Positions 17,447 to 26,943 of a stretch of DNA of 29,217 bases are shown here, piece by piece. Position 1 is the stretch's first letter, and each line of letters starts with the position of its first letter. Where the stretch lies: assembly GCA_029548865.1 (NCBI GenBank), contig JAKPMO010000013.1, positions 1 to 29,217 on the forward strand. Direction: 5' to 3'. Source of the stretch: Caldisericota bacterium. Lineage in GTDB: Bacteria; Caldisericota; Caldisericia; JAAYUI01. The translations under genes and the position numbers were made by a program. A model generated the notes under the pieces. The model was not told the DNA's origin and did no database searches. It saw nothing but the letters and a program-made list of their open reading frames with translations.

Positions 17447-19438
17447 TTACAAAAACAATACTGAAACCTTAACCACCAGAAATGCCATGATCCATGCCAG
17501 GGCAAGACTGTATGCAACCTGAAAGGTGGCCCATTTCCATCCTGCTTCTGCTTTGGTTGCGGCTATGGTTGCAAGGCATGGCGTGTAGAGGTTGAGAAAC
17601 ACCATGAGCCCAAGTGCTGATGATGAAGAATACCACTTGCTTATATTATCATGGCTCCCATCACCAAGTTGTCCAAAGACTGCTATCACGACTTCTTTTG
17701 CCACAATCCCGAAAAGAAGCGCAACAGATGCACGCCAGTCGAGGCCAAGTGGCGTAAATGCAAATGAAATGAAGTGGCCAATCTGGCCTATTATGGTGTT
17801 CTCAAGCCTGACGCCCCAGGGGATGTTTGATGCAACCCAGAAAACCAGCGACCCAATGAGAATAACTCCTCCAGCTTTCTTGATGAAATGTTTTGCTCTG
17901 TCCCAGGTGTGGATCAGGACGCTCCTCACAGTTGGCACCCTATATGGAGGCAATTCAATGAGGAGTGGGGTCGGTGGCTGGTTTTTGAACAAAACTAATC
18001 CAAAGAATTTCGCTGTTCCGACAGACAGTGTCATGCTGAGAGCAACTACGGCCCAGACGAAATTGCCTGCGCTTGCACCAAAAAATGCGCTGGCAACAAA
18101 GACGAGTACCTCCATCCTTGCAGAACAGGTCACAAGTGGCGCTGACAGGATTGTTATTATCCTGTCCCTTTTGCTTTCCAGTGTCCTTGTTGCCATGACT
18201 GCCGGCACTGAGCATCCAAAACCTATCACAAATGGCACAAATGCCTTCCCGGAAAGACCTATTCTCGACATCAGGCCATCCATTACGAAAGCTATCCTTG
18301 CCATGTAACCGGAGTCTTCAAGTGCACTCAAAAACACAAACAGGATGAAGATGTTAGGAAATAGGGCAAGCACTCCGCCAACGCCATTTATTATTGCATC
18401 GTGGAGTACTCCGCCAAGCCATGGCACGGACTGCAGGGTCTGTTGTATCCATGCCCCCAGCTTGTCCAAACCAGTGCCAATTAGCTCTCCGATGGGATTT
18501 CCCAAAAGGAAAGTCAGCTGGAAAACACCCCACAGGATCACAAGAAAAAAGATAATGCCAAAGAATTTGTTTATCAGGACGGAATCAATGGCATCGGTGA
18601 CCTCCGCCTTCCCCTGAGGTGAAGAGATGGTGACCATTTTTGCCAACCCGTTTGCTGCAGCATACCTCCTGTCGGCAACAAGGGTTTCGATGTCATCGCC
18701 ATATATTTTTGTGAGTTTCTTTATTTCCATGGCCACGATCTCGTGTACTTTTTCGCTGTGTGCTATGGAATCTAGTTCATGCTCTACCTGTGGGTCTTTC
18801 TCCAGCAGTTTGTGGGCGAAAAAGTGTGTTTTGTAGCTTGTTTTTGACACTTCATCCGAGCTTATTGCGCACTCTATTTTTTTGGCCGAGACCTCTATGT
18901 CTGTGCCGAAATCAACCCTGTAGTGGCTTTTTTGTTTTGATTTGCCAACTTGAATTGCGGTTTTTTTTAATTCTGCCATGCCCCGCCCGGTTGAGCCAAC
19001 AGTCTCTACGACAGGCACGCCAAGTATCCTGGACAGTTTTGCGGAATCGATCTTTATGCCTTTTTTTTGTGCCTCGTCCTGCATATTAAGTGCTATAACA
19101 AGTGGTACCTCAAGCTCTATGAGCTGGAGCGTCAGGAAAAGACTGTGTTCGAGGGCCGTTGAGTCGACAACGTTGATTGCGACATCGGGAGTGTTTTTGA
19201 CCAGAAAGTCCCTGGCAACGATTTCATCCTCTGTGAATGCAGATAAGGAGTATGTTCCTGGCAAGTCTACTATTTCAGCTTGTACACCGTCTACAAGCAT
19301 CCTGCCAGTCTTTTTTTCGACAGTGACACCCGGCCAGTTGCCAACGGCCTGCGTTGAGCCTGTCAATGCGTTGAAAACAGATGTTTTGCCAGTGTTCGGG
19401 TTTCCGGCCAGTGCAATTGTCAGGTCGTTGTTTGCCAA
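17447..19438 (-). CDS. feoB: Ferrous iron transport protein B
   Basis: GNPNTGKT, 'GNWPGVTVE', DLPG, NMQD, 'LEDSGYMAR', 'GFGCSVPA', 'ELPPYRVP', 'YTPCLAT'; TTG start. Confidence 0.96.
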   Translation of the reverse strand: MANNDLTIALAGNPNTGKTSVFNALTGSTQAVGNWPGVTVEKKTGRMLVDGVQAEIVDLPGTYSLSAFTEDEIVARDFLVKNTPDVAINVVDSTALEHSLFLTLQLIELEVPLVIALNMQDEAQKKGIKIDSAKLSRILGVPVVETVGSTGRGMAELKKTAIQVGKSKQKSHYRVDFGTDIEVSAKKIECAISSDEVSKTSYKTHFFAHKLLEKDPQVEHELDSIAHSEKVHEIVAMEIKKLTKIYGDDIETLVADRRYAAANGLAKMVTISSPQGKAEVTDAIDSVLINKFFGIIFFLVILWGVFQLTFLLGNPIGELIGTGLDKLGAWIQQTLQSVPWLGGVLHDAIINGVGGVLALFPNIFILFVFLSALEDSGYMARIAFVMDGLMSRIGLSGKAFVPFVIGFGCSVPAVMATRTLESKRDRIITILSAPLVTCSARMEVLVFVASAFFGASAGNFVWAVVALSMTLSVGTAKFFGLVLFKNQPPTPLLIELPPYRVPTVRSVLIHTWDRAKHFIKKAGGVILIGSLVFWVASNIPWGVRLENTIIGQIGHFISFAFTPLGLDWRASVALLFGIVAKEVVIAVFGQLGDGSHDNISKWYSSSSALGLMVFLNLYTPCLATIAATKAEAGWKWATFQVAYSLALAWIMAFLVVKVSVLFL

Positions 19439-19450
19439 ACCCTTTTTTCC

Positions 19451-21742
19451 TTATCTGTCCCTGAACCTGAGGAGCCGCATGCCATTAAGGGAAACAAGGA
19501 ATGTCACTCCAACATCGGCCAGCACGGCAAGCCACATGGTTCCAAAACCAAGCAGCACAACGACAAAAAAGCTTGCCTTTACTGCAAGCGAAAAGGCTAT
19601 GTTCTGGTAGATGGTCCTCATGGCATGCCTGGAAATGCGAAAAGTAAACGGGAGTTTGCTCAAATCGCCACTCATAAGCACAACATCGGATGTTTCCATT
19701 GCTTGTCCTGTTCCAGTGCTTCCCATTGCAATGCCAACTGATGACTCTGCAAGCGCAGGGGCATCATTTATTCCGTCACCAACCATGGCGACATGTTTTT
19801 CTGAGCCCATCAGATCTTTTATTGCATCAAGTTTTTTCTCCGGGAGAAGCTCTGAATATACCTTTTCTATTCCCACCTGGTCTGCAATCAGTTTTGCTGT
19901 TGCCTTTGCATCACCAGTAAGCATGACGAGATTTTCGATGCCCATCTTTTTTAGCTTGTCGACTGCCACCTTGCTGGTGTCGCGAACTGTGTCTGCGACG
20001 GTTATAAATCCGGAATATTTTCCTTCAATGCTCACAAGCAGTGGGGTGTAACCCTGGATTGTTGCCAGATTGATCTCTTCGCAAGTCAGAGGATCATGGG
20101 GGACATTGCTGTCAAAAAATGAATGGCTACCTACAAAAACGCTGTCGCCGTTGACCTTCCCACTGACACCCTTTCCACTCAGGGCCATTACGTTTTCTGC
20201 GGGCTTGTAATGGGCGTGGATGCCCCTTGCCCTGGCTTCTTCCAGGATTGCCTGTGCCAGGGGGTGTTCACTCCTGCTTTCAACTGATGATGCAATTGCA
20301 AGCAAATCGTTGCAATGCTTGCAGTCGCCGCCCTCACAGCTAAGGCAGTTTTCAGATTTTACTTTTATGACTCTTGGTTTGCCTTCCGTCAATGTCCCGG
20401 TTTTGTCAAATGCAATTATTTTTGTCCTGGAGAGTTCTTCCAGGTAGGCCCCGCCTTTTATCAAAACGCCATTCCTGGCTGCATTACTAATCGCGCTTAC
20501 AATTGTTACTGGAACACTTATGACCAGCGAGCAGGGGCAGGCGACAACGAGCAGCTCCAGCGCCCTGTAGAGCCAGCCCTGGGTGCCATTGGCCAGGTTG
20601 AGGAATGGCGCACCAAAAAATATTGGAGGCACAGAAGCAACCAGTATTGCCAGCACGATGACGACCGGAGTGTAATATTTTGCAAACCTGTCTACGAACC
20701 TTTCGGCGGGTGCTTTTCTCTCCTGGGCTTCCTCAACAAGCCTGATCATCCTGCTGATTGTGTTGTCAGACGAGATGTTTGTGACTTCGATCGTCAAGGC
20801 GCCCTCGCCATTGATGCTTCCTGCAAACACACGGTCTTCCTCGCACTTGTAAACCGGGATGCTTTCACCTGTTATCGGCGCCTGGTCAACTGACGAGCTT
20901 CCTGATATAACGATGCCATCCATTGGGATCTTCTCGCCAGGCTTCACTACAATTCTGTCGCCAACAACAAGCTCTTCAACTGGCACCTTTTTTTCTTCAG
21001 GGCCACAGAATGGGCATGGGCCGCCATTATAGCCATCTTTCCCCATGTGTTCTTCACAGTCAACGCATGGCCTCAATACGAGAGCGTCGTTTGGAGCGAC
21101 TTCCATCAGCTTCCTGATTGCATCCCTCGACTGCTCCATGGTGTAGCCTTCGAGTGCCTCGCCGATCATGAAAAGGACCATTACCAGTCCAGCCTCGGTG
21201 TATGCGCCGATCACAACACCGCCAACACCTGCAATAACCATCAGCAGGTTCATTGTTATTTCGTGATTTGAAAAGAGGTTTTTGAATGCCGAGATAAACA
21301 CCGGGTAGCCCGCAATGATCAAAGCCGCTATGGCCATATACTCGAAAACCGGTGTGCCAATACCCAGGAAGGGAAGCAACTCGTCAAAGACGAGTCCTGG
21401 AAAAACAAGAACAAATCCAATCAGCGCCAGTATTGTATCGCGGTCTCCAAGGAGAAACTGGATAAATCCGATAAAACCCTTGTATCTTTTATTTTTCTTG
21501 GGAGTATTTGAGGTTTTGTCTTCCTCCACTATTTCGTAACCCATATCCTTGATGGTTTTTGCAACCACTTCGTGAGGCATAGTTCCTTCGACTATTATTT
21601 TTGAAGCCGAGAAAACAAGCCTGCACGAGTCGACGCCATCTATTCTGGAAACAGTTTTTTCAAGACCTTTTGCACAATCCGGGCAAGAAAGACCGGATAG
21701 CCTGAATTCCATTTTATTTTTTGATTGTTCTTGTTTTGCCAT
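19451..21742 (-). CDS. Heavy-metal P1B-type ATPase (P1B-2, Zn/Cd/Pb-like) with N-terminal HMA domain
   Basis: HMA 'GLSCPDC'; TGES; CPC; DKTGT; SEHPLA; GDGINDAP; TM7 Lys and TM8 'ADVG'. ATG at 21742 has a GGTGA SD; alternative ATG at 21781. Confidence 0.93.
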   Translation of the reverse strand: MAKQEQSKNKMEFRLSGLSCPDCAKGLEKTVSRIDGVDSCRLVFSASKIIVEGTMPHEVVAKTIKDMGYEIVEEDKTSNTPKKNKRYKGFIGFIQFLLGDRDTILALIGFVLVFPGLVFDELLPFLGIGTPVFEYMAIAALIIAGYPVFISAFKNLFSNHEITMNLLMVIAGVGGVVIGAYTEAGLVMVLFMIGEALEGYTMEQSRDAIRKLMEVAPNDALVLRPCVDCEEHMGKDGYNGGPCPFCGPEEKKVPVEELVVGDRIVVKPGEKIPMDGIVISGSSSVDQAPITGESIPVYKCEEDRVFAGSINGEGALTIEVTNISSDNTISRMIRLVEEAQERKAPAERFVDRFAKYYTPVVIVLAILVASVPPIFFGAPFLNLANGTQGWLYRALELLVVACPCSLVISVPVTIVSAISNAARNGVLIKGGAYLEELSRTKIIAFDKTGTLTEGKPRVIKVKSENCLSCEGGDCKHCNDLLAIASSVESRSEHPLAQAILEEARARGIHAHYKPAENVMALSGKGVSGKVNGDSVFVGSHSFFDSNVPHDPLTCEEINLATIQGYTPLLVSIEGKYSGFITVADTVRDTSKVAVDKLKKMGIENLVMLTGDAKATAKLIADQVGIEKVYSELLPEKKLDAIKDLMGSEKHVAMVGDGINDAPALAESSVGIAMGSTGTGQAMETSDVVLMSGDLSKLPFTFRISRHAMRTIYQNIAFSLAVKASFFVVVLLGFGTMWLAVLADVGVTFLVSLNGMRLLRFRDR

Positions 21743-21828
21743 TATGTTTGTCACCAAAAGAAGAGTACTCCTGTTGAGCATGGGAGCAAGATATTCGCAT
21801 ACGAGGAGCAGTTAAAAGATGTATGTTT

Positions 21829-21857
21829 ATTATACAGTAGAACATTCTACATCTCAA
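21829..21857 (-). promoter_or_regulatory. Internal promoter for the P1B ATPase with a palindromic operator in the spacer
   Basis: TTGAGA-17 nt-TATAAT; the spacer contains GTAGAA-TG-TTCTAC (21837-21850); the -35 overlaps the feoA stop. Confidence 0.65.
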
Positions 21858-22141
21858 ATGGGGCAGTTTTCATCTTTTTGCTGCTGGAGCAGGCATTTGG
21901 AGGTTTCCCGGCAGATGATCTTTGAGGCCATGCCTCTTCCTATGGCCAGCCTGACACATTTTACCAATACAAGAACGGGGCCAGAGAAGTCGGACCTTAG
22001 GACCTTGATGCAAGCACCTGCTGTAATGCCAAGATCTGCGAGTCTCTTACGCATGCTACACCCAGGGATGCTTACTATCTCTATTTCATCACCTGGCCTG
22101 AAGCTTGTCAGTGGCCTTGGCAAGCTAGTTTCGATCTCCAT
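21854..22141 (-). CDS. feoA: Ferrous iron transport protein A
   Basis: 'RKRLADLGITAGACIKVL...GPVLVLV...RLAIGRGMASKI' SH3-like FeoA signature; GAGGT SD. Confidence 0.88.
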   Translation of the reverse strand: MEIETSLPRPLTSFRPGDEIEIVSIPGCSMRKRLADLGITAGACIKVLRSDFSGPVLVLVKCVRLAIGRGMASKIICRETSKCLLQQQKDENCPI

Positions 22142-22158
22142 TTCATCTACCTCTTTAT

Positions 22159-22181
22159 ATATTGCGAATATTTTGCAATAT
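22159..22181. promoter_or_regulatory. Fur-like palindromic operator upstream of feoA
   Basis: ATATTGCGAA-TAT-TTTGCAATAT (1 mismatch), just downstream of a minus-strand TTGCAC-16 nt-TATATT promoter. Confidence 0.6.
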
Positions 22182-22363
22182 CAATATAACATTTATACAG
22201 TTAAGTGCAACCAAAGATAAAAACATTGGATTAGACAATATTTCTGCGGCTTGATGAAACACATGTCCTTTTTGCCCTTAACCAATAGGCAAAGGATTGT
22301 ATTCCAAAAATATAAGCATGGTGCAATATTATTTGCCAATTTATGACCCTTTAATATACCTTG

Positions 22364-22391
22364 TTGACATCCTCCCCGTTTTCAGTAGACT
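22364..22391 (+). promoter_or_regulatory. rRNA promoter P1
   Basis: TTGACA-16 nt-TAGACT with AT-rich upstream sequence. Confidence 0.75.
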
Positions 22392-22419
22392 TACAAACTC
22401 GTTGGCGATGAAGTGCCTC

Positions 22420-22448
22420 TTGACAGAGTGACCTGAATCTGCTAACCT
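22420..22448 (+). promoter_or_regulatory. rRNA promoter P2
   Basis: TTGACA-17 nt-TAACCT with extended -10 TG. Confidence 0.7.
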
Positions 22449-22503
22449 GATACGAGCAAGCGGCGAAAGGGGGAACCCCGAGGCCTTTTGCGAGCGGCAG
22501 TTT

Positions 22504-22524
22504 GAAAACTAGATAGTGATGGAA
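22504..22524 (+). other. 5' strand of the 16S processing stem (overlaps boxA-like GCAGTTTGAAAA)
   Basis: GAAAACTAGATAGTGATGGAA is complementary to 24208-24228. Confidence 0.8.
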
Positions 22525-22583
22525 CCCTTCAATTCGATAAATAATTGGTGTGTTAAAGACATCTTCGATGTCAGCACATAAGT

Positions 22584-24138
<1,555 letters not shown>

Positions 24139-24207
24139 AAGGAGCTGATGGCCCTTCGGGGCTATCCATAAAAGATTACAACTTCGCGACTGTAATGGTC
24201 GCGTTGA

Positions 24208-24228
24208 TTCTGTCACTATCTAGTTTTC
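24208..24228 (+). other. 3' strand of the 16S processing stem
   Basis: TTCTGTCACTATCTAGTTTTC pairs with 22504-22524 over 21 bp, including 2 G-U pairs. Confidence 0.8.
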
Positions 24229-24248
24229 TTTCTGTCGCGATAAAAATT

Positions 24249-24275
24249 CCGCCCGATAGGGCGGTTTTTTATTTT
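24249..24275 (+). terminator. Intrinsic terminator of the 16S transcript
   Basis: CCGCCC-GATA-GGGCGG followed by TTTTTTATTTT. Confidence 0.88.
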
Positions 24276-24410
24276 GGTCACAAAGAATCCCTTCAAATCA
24301 TCTCATAAAATTGGATATCAACTTAGCCCATTTCGGAAAAACACCCTACAAAAGCGTATTTGACAAAACCCAAAATGTTTAATAATGTCTATTTGAAAGG
24401 AGTGTTAAAA

Positions 24411-24707
24411 ATGGAAAAGCGTGATCCTATTCTTGTGTTTGTTTTTTCAATAATCACATTTGGTGTTTATTACATCTGGTGGCTCTGGAAGACGAAACAT
24501 GAGATGGTGGATAAAGGTGCAGACATTCCAACCACCTGGCTTATAATTATTCCTCTTGCAGATATTTGGTGGATATGGAAATATTCTCAGGGTGTAGAAA
24601 AAATCACAAGTGGAAAATGCACTGGCGTAATAGCTTTTATTCTTCTTTTCCTTCTTGGCCCGATAGGCGCAGCAATCCTTCAAAACTACTACAACGAAGT
24701 TGCCTGA
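24411..24707 (+). CDS. DUF4234-like small membrane protein
   Basis: AAAGGAG SD; 'RDPILVFVFSIITFGVYYIWWLWK...WIWKYS...ILQNYYN'. Confidence 0.75.
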   Translation: MEKRDPILVFVFSIITFGVYYIWWLWKTKHEMVDKGADIPTTWLIIIPLADIWWIWKYSQGVEKITSGKCTGVIAFILLFLLGPIGAAILQNYYNEVA

Positions 24708-24727
24708 TCGACTGAAGAAATGCATTC

Positions 24728-24757
24728 AAGGGCCCGCCTTTTGGCGGGCCCTTTTTT
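24728..24757 (+). terminator. Intrinsic terminator, possibly bidirectional
   Basis: AAGGGCCCGCC-TTTT-GGCGGGCCCTT plus T-run, between convergent genes. Confidence 0.88.
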
Positions 24758-24767
24758 GTTTGATAAT

Positions 24768-26027
24768 TTATTTGTCTGGCATTGTAAAACAGGCCATATT
24801 TCCTTTGGATCGAACAAGCACGCCGCGCCAGTCGAGCCAGACGACTGATGCTTCATCCCCCAAGTCTTTTTTATCTATCCACCATGTAGTTTCCAGCGTC
24901 TTTGGGTCTGCACCCCTTATTTTGTCTTTCTCTTCCAGAATCAATGTGCCATTTATAACATTTGCGCTTTGTGCATTGATGGTTATGTTTTTTCCAGATT
25001 CAGGGTCATAAATAAGCGGCGATTCTTTAGTTATATCGGTGGTCACCAAAATGTAACCACCAATTGAGTAAAGAGCCCCACTTATGGCCATTTTTACGCT
25101 TGTGGCTGTTTTCATGCTCTCTGCATCAATCATGGTCAGGTGTCCTTCTGACGATGAAACCCAGACGTTTTTTCCAATTGGTTCGATTGCCCGTATTTCG
25201 TAATGTGGTAATTTTACTTCGTCCACTTTTCCTGTGCCCAGGTCAATCCTGGCCAGGTAGGATATTCCTCTTTTGCTGTCATTTAGCGCTACAAAGGCAT
25301 ATTTGTCGCTTGTTTTGGCATAGGGCGTGTCATAAAGTGGGTTTGTAATCTCCCAAAAAACTTCACCAGTCCAGGGATCAGTACTATTTATGCTACAAAT
25401 ATTATTTTCTCTATTTATTGATTCAGCAAGAATGCCTGTTTTGATAAGCTTTCCAGACACAAAATAATATTCTGGTATCATTGAAGTTGATGAATTTGAC
25501 CACAATACCTTACCATCGTCTATTTTCCAGCATGAATCTGCTGAAAGAGGGCCCAGGGGACCATTCACAATGACATACTCTCCATTGGTTGGCCCCATTT
25601 CATAGTATTTCTCTTTAATTTTTTTGATTTTTCCTGTTTCAGGATCGATCATTCCAAGAAAGGATTTGTAATCATCAAAAGCATCTATAGGTGTGGAAAC
25701 CACCCAGCCTTGCTTGAGGGCTTTCAGGTCCAAGAAAAAGCTGGGAATTGTTTTGTCTTTTAGCTTGATGTTCCACTTTTTGCTTAGCTGGCCCGAACCG
25801 GCAAATCCTTCTGCCTCCCATGGCACAAAATCCTTGTCCATTGGCTGACCTTTTTCCAGTTTGTTGTTCAGGGTTTCTTTTGGTGCTGCAACCCAACCGG
25901 TTTTTGCTGGCTGGAGCTCTTCTGTGGACTTCTCAAGATAGGTCCCGTTTTTGACCCACCCGTTGCTGCATGAAGCGCAAAGGATGGCCACTAGTGCCAC
26001 GCCCAAAACCACAAGCTTCTTTTGCAT
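24768..26027 (-). CDS. Putative lipoprotein with PQQ-like beta-propeller repeats
   Basis: MQKK + hydrophobic stretch + 'LCASC' lipobox-like; repeats DPETGK, DDGKVLW, DPWTGEVFW, DPKTLETTW; purine-rich SD. Confidence 0.7.
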   Translation of the reverse strand: MQKKLVVLGVALVAILCASCSNGWVKNGTYLEKSTEELQPAKTGWVAAPKETLNNKLEKGQPMDKDFVPWEAEGFAGSGQLSKKWNIKLKDKTIPSFFLDLKALKQGWVVSTPIDAFDDYKSFLGMIDPETGKIKKIKEKYYEMGPTNGEYVIVNGPLGPLSADSCWKIDDGKVLWSNSSTSMIPEYYFVSGKLIKTGILAESINRENNICSINSTDPWTGEVFWEITNPLYDTPYAKTSDKYAFVALNDSKRGISYLARIDLGTGKVDEVKLPHYEIRAIEPIGKNVWVSSSEGHLTMIDAESMKTATSVKMAISGALYSIGGYILVTTDITKESPLIYDPESGKNITINAQSANVINGTLILEEKDKIRGADPKTLETTWWIDKKDLGDEASVVWLDWRGVLVRSKGNMACFTMPDK

Positions 26028-26105
26028 AAAATCCCCCTCTCGGCTTGCCCTTACATGCACAGTACACGAGAGGGTGGAGGAATTGTTCCATAAAGCGTCA
26101 GAGTA

Positions 26106-26753
26106 TTATTTTTTGAACCTCACCAGATAGTGCCACCATGAGCCAAACTTCTTCTCAAAAACAAAGCCGGCCTTCTCGCATTCTTTTATGACTGTTTTTG
26201 CCAATGGATAGTCAGGGTCGGGGAAGAGCTCGCCAACACAGAGCAGGCCGCCATCTTTTAACACCCTTTTGCATTCGGCAAGCGCCTTTTGCCTGTCCGG
26301 GATTTCCTCCAGCACAGCAACCATGAACACAACATCGAAAGTTTTGTCGCCAAATGGGAGATTATAGGCATCGCCAACAATCGGAAATATGTTTTTGGTT
26401 CCGAGCTTTTCGATCTTTGCTGTCAGGTTTTTGATCACTTTTGGCTGAATGTCCAGCGCATGGATTTCACCGCTTTCCCCGACAATCTTTGATGCTGGGA
26501 CAGTGAAAGTCCCATATCCGGGGCCGATTTCAAGCGCCTTCATGCCCTTTTCGAGCCCAAGCCACGAGGCCACAAGATCTGGTGGTTGGGAGACATTCCT
26601 GAGTCTTGAAGCTATGAGGACCGTAACAAAGGCCGGTGCTGGAAGATGGACGTAGTGCCTGACTATCTTGAGCACAACGAGGAGAAAGAAGAGGAAGCAC
26701 GCAAAAACAATCCCGACCCATGCCAAAATGTCCAGAAAGAGGTTTCCTGTCAT
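26106..26753 (-). CDS. Class I SAM-dependent methyltransferase with N-terminal TM anchor
   Basis: 'ALEIGPGYG', 'GDAYNLPFGDKTFDVVF', 'RVLKDGGLL'. Confidence 0.88.
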   Translation of the reverse strand: MTGNLFLDILAWVGIVFACFLFFLLVVLKIVRHYVHLPAPAFVTVLIASRLRNVSQPPDLVASWLGLEKGMKALEIGPGYGTFTVPASKIVGESGEIHALDIQPKVIKNLTAKIEKLGTKNIFPIVGDAYNLPFGDKTFDVVFMVAVLEEIPDRQKALAECKRVLKDGGLLCVGELFPDPDYPLAKTVIKECEKAGFVFEKKFGSWWHYLVRFKK

Positions 26754-26943
26754 GACCAAGATGATAGTGCAGGCTTTATTTTTGGCAACCCCGAGAGGTT
26801 TGCGCCCTTCTCTTCATGATGCTTGTCGATCTAAGAATTGATATCCATGAATAATTGTATCCGTAGGATTCCATGAATTCTAGAATACCTCATCAATTAA
26901 AGCTTACTGCCTTTTTGATAAAAAATATTTTATGTAGATGTTA

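Noticed and set aside
17592..19610. Long plus-strand ORFs antisense to feoB and the ATPase (238 aa, 210 aa)
   Set aside because: Antisense shadows of well-conserved genes, with no recognisable motifs.
24139..24250. tRNA or ncRNA in the 16S trailer (UUCG- and GUAA-type hairpins)
   Set aside because: No cloverleaf or TTCGA T-arm in tRNA context; these are explained as trailer hairpins inside the processing stem.
26790..26940. Gene remnant or small ORF downstream of the Schlafen-like gene
   Set aside because: Only short frames (about 20-35 codons) with no recognisable similarity.
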